The notes beneath the pieces are model-generated. The model worked only from the letters and a program-made list of their open reading frames with translations, made no database searches and was not told where the DNA came from. 64,000 bases of DNA, from contig CAWHRD010000005.1 of NCBI GenBank assembly GCA_963831745.1, forward strand, positions 93,377 through 157,376, given 5' to 3'. Made by a program: the position numbers and the translations under genes. Below are positions 61,706 through 64,000 of this stretch, one piece after another; the stretch's first letter is position 1; every line of letters starts with the position of its first letter. The DNA is from an uncultured Chloroflexia bacterium (lineage in GTDB: Bacteria; Chloroflexota; Limnocylindria; Limnocylindrales; CSP1-4).

Positions 61706-64000
61706 CTACGCGGTGGCGGGCATGGCGGCGACAAGCGCCGGCTGCTCCTCCGTCCGGACGTCGAGTAGCTTCTTCACTTCCTCCACCACGATCAGCGACA
61801 GGGCCACGCCGATGCACACGAGCCACTGCTCGCCGGTGAGGCTGGTCGTGCCGAGCACGTTCTTGAGGATACCGAGCTCGGTCGCGAGCACGATCGTGAC
61901 GATCGAGAGTCCGGTCGCCTTGAGCAGCGCCGGGTTGCCGAGGATGTAGCCGCTGAAGATCGACCGCTTCTCGTCGGCCGTCTCCAGGGACGAGGCGATG
62001 CGGAACAGCGAGAACGTGGTCACGCCCATCGTCCGCGCGATCAGGTCGCTCCCGTAGTGGCCGCTCGCCCACGCGATGACGGCCAGGGTGCCGCCGCCCA
62101 TGACGAGCCCGATGACCACGAGCCAGATGGTGAGCGGACGCGGCAGGAGCTTCTGGTCCTTCGGCCGCGGCTTCTCCTCCATGAGACCGTCTCTCGGCTT
62201 CCCGAACCCGAGACCCATGGCCTGGAAGACGTTGACCGTGAAGTTGAGCCACATGGTCTGGAGCGGCAGGAACGGCACGCCGCCCAGGATGTTGAGGAGC
62301 GACGAGCCCAGGAACACCGTGATGTATCCGTAGCAGGCCGCCATCTGGAAGCGGATGAAGCGCATCAGGTTGTCGTAGACGTTGCGGCCGATGCTGATGG
62401 CCTTGATGATCGTGGCGTAGTTGTCGTCGGCGAGGATCATGTCCGCGGCGGCCTTGGTGACCGCCGTGCCGGTGATGCCCATCGCGATGCCGATGTCGGC
62501 CTTCTTGATGGCCGGCGCGTCGTTCACGCCGTCGCCGGTCATCGCCACGATGTGGCCCTGCTCCCGCAGGACGTCCACGAGGTGGACCTTGTCCTGGGGC
62601 GAGACCCGGCCGATGACCCCGATGTCGTCGACCTCCTTGAGCACGGTGTCGTGGTCCATCGCCTCGAACTCGGCACCGGTGATCGCCTTGCCGGGGATCC
62701 CCAGCTGCTTGGCGACCACGGCGCCCGTGACGGCCGCGTCACCCGTGATCATGCGGACGTGGACGCCGGCGCCATGGGCCTCCGCGATGGCAGCCTTCGC
62801 GGCCGGCCGCGGCGGATCGGTGATGCCGACGAGCGCGAGGAGCGTGAGGCCCTCGATGGCCTTCAGGAGGTCGCCGGTCGGGTCGAACGTGGCCGGGTCG
62901 AAGTCCTTCCGACCCGTGGCCATGAGTCGCAGCCCCTCCGTGCCCATCCGGTCGCTCTCGGCGACGTAGGCATCGCGCAGCTGCGCGATCGGGACCTCGT
63001 TCCCGTCGGGGCCATGGGCGGCCGCGGCGCGCTTGAGGAGCTGGTCCTGCGCGCCCTTGATGTAGGCCCGGACGACCTTGCGGCCGCTGTCGTCCGTCCA
63101 GTCGTGGAAGGTGGCCATGAGCTTGTACGCCGCGTCGAACGGCAGGGTCGCCACGCGCGGGTACTGGGCGCGGGTCAGGTCCGCATCGACACCGCCCTTG
63201 GCCGCGAGGACGACCAGCGAGCCCTCGTTCGGGTCGCCGATGAGGTCGCCGTCCTTGATCTCGGCATCCGAGCAGAGGGCCATCGGCAGCAGGTAGGGCT
63301 CGAGCTTGAGCTCGGGCTGTCCGGCGGCCTGGGTGATCGTGCCCTCGGTGGAGTAGCCGCTGCCGGAGATCGAGTAGCGCCGCCCGACGATGGCCATCTG
63401 GACGGCGGTCATCTGGTTCATCGTGAGGGTGCCGGTCTTGTCGGAGTTGAGCGCCGAGGTCGATCCGAGGGTCTCGACCGAGCGGAGCTGCTTCACGATG
63501 GCTCCCGCTGCCGCGAGCATCTGGGAGCCCTTCGACAGGATGGCCGTGTCGATCGCCGGGAGGGCCGTCGGGATGGCAGCGATCATGAACGCGACCGCGG
63601 TGAGGAAGAGCTCCTGGAGCGGCACGCCGCGGGCGATTCCCAGGACGAGCGACGCCGCGAGCGCGAAGGCGGCGAGGACCAGGATCTGGCGCGTCAGCCC
63701 GTTGATCTGCTTCGTCAGCGGCGTCTCCTCGGCCACGGTCGCCTGGAGCATCCCGCTGATGTGGCCCACCTGGGTGTCCATGCCGGTCGTGACGACAAGG
63801 ATGACGCCCGAGCCCCGCGTGACCTGGGTGTTCATGAACGCCATGTCCGAGCGGTCGCCGAGGGCGGCGTCGGCAGCGACCGCATCCACCTGCTTGGGCG
63901 TGGGCACGCTCTCGCCGGTGAGCGCCGACTCGTCGATCTCGAGGGTCGCGGCCGTGAGGATGCGGGCGTCGGCGGGGACGAGGTCGCCCGCCTGGAGGTT
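61706..64000 (-). CDS. P2-like cation-transporting P-type ATPase (5' end outside window)
   Basis: DESALTGES, DKTGTLT, KGA, MITGD, MTGDGVNDAPA, multi-TM C-terminus. Confidence 0.92.
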   Translation of the reverse strand, partial: NLQAGDLVPADARILTAATLEIDESALTGESVPTPKQVDAVAADAALGDRSDMAFMNTQVTRGSGVILVVTTGMDTQVGHISGMLQATVAEETPLTKQINGLTRQILVLAAFALAASLVLGIARGVPLQELFLTAVAFMIAAIPTALPAIDTAILSKGSQMLAAAGAIVKQLRSVETLGSTSALNSDKTGTLTMNQMTAVQMAIVGRRYSISGSGYSTEGTITQAAGQPELKLEPYLLPMALCSDAEIKDGDLIGDPNEGSLVVLAAKGGVDADLTRAQYPRVATLPFDAAYKLMATFHDWTDDSGRKVVRAYIKGAQDQLLKRAAAAHGPDGNEVPIAQLRDAYVAESDRMGTEGLRLMATGRKDFDPATFDPTGDLLKAIEGLTLLALVGITDPPRPAAKAAIAEAHGAGVHVRMITGDAAVTGAVVAKQLGIPGKAITGAEFEAMDHDTVLKEVDDIGVIGRVSPQDKVHLVDVLREQGHIVAMTGDGVNDAPAIKKADIGIAMGITGTAVTKAAADMILADDNYATIIKAISIGRNVYDNLMRFIRFQMAACYGYITVFLGSSLLNILGGVPFLPLQTMWLNFTVNVFQAMGLGFGKPRDGLMEEKPRPKDQKLLPRPLTIWLVVIGLVMGGGTLAVIAWASGHYGSDLIARTMGVTTFSLFRIASSLETADEKRSIFSGYILGNPALLKATGLSIVTIVLATELGILKNVLGTTSLTGEQWLVCIGVALSLIVVEEVKKLLDVRTEEQPALVAAMPATA

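Larger units (their letters stand above)
54773..64000. mobile_element. putative integrated element/genomic island next to tRNA-Pro (right end not seen)
   Basis: integrase 120 bp from the tRNA, Replic_Relax-like gene, gene remnants, visibly more A/T-ending codons in parts (by eye). Confidence 0.55.

Overview
Very GC-rich bacterial chromosomal window. Gene style (ECF sigma/anti-sigma pairs, S/A/P-rich lipoprotein linkers) suggests Chloroflexota (Limnocylindria-like) or Actinomycetota; this is inference only. From left to right it holds: a CDGSH-like Fe-S protein; a three-gene NAD(P) transhydrogenase; an M3 peptidase; a 12-gene modified-sugar uptake/catabolism cluster (2x Gfo/Idh/MocA, TIM-barrel isomerase, DeoC, internally deleted SIS protein, sugar ABC transporter, ROK kinase, UroD/MtaA-like protein, NagA); two ECF sigma/anti-sigma-like pairs; AlaX; two cupredoxin lipoproteins; an MFS transporter; a split AmmeMemoRadiSam trio; tandem GSIII and GSI glutamine synthetases; a frameshifted ROK protein; ResB; a membrane GGDEF protein; Lrp/AsnC; a peptide ABC operon; a C39-like peptidase; an LLM oxidoreductase; an ABC-2 exporter; and small stress genes. 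After tRNA-Pro(TGG) comes an apparent integrated element on the tRNA's 5' side, with a tyrosine recombinase, a conserved phage-type hypothetical and a Replic_Relax-like protein. It is followed by decaying genes that may be cargo: TMEM175-like channel, DUF1269-like protein, MFS and an atypical P2-type ATPase running off the window. The strongest novelty candidates are this element with its non-canonical ATPase module and the sugar cluster. All family calls come from motif recognition by eye; no database search was run.
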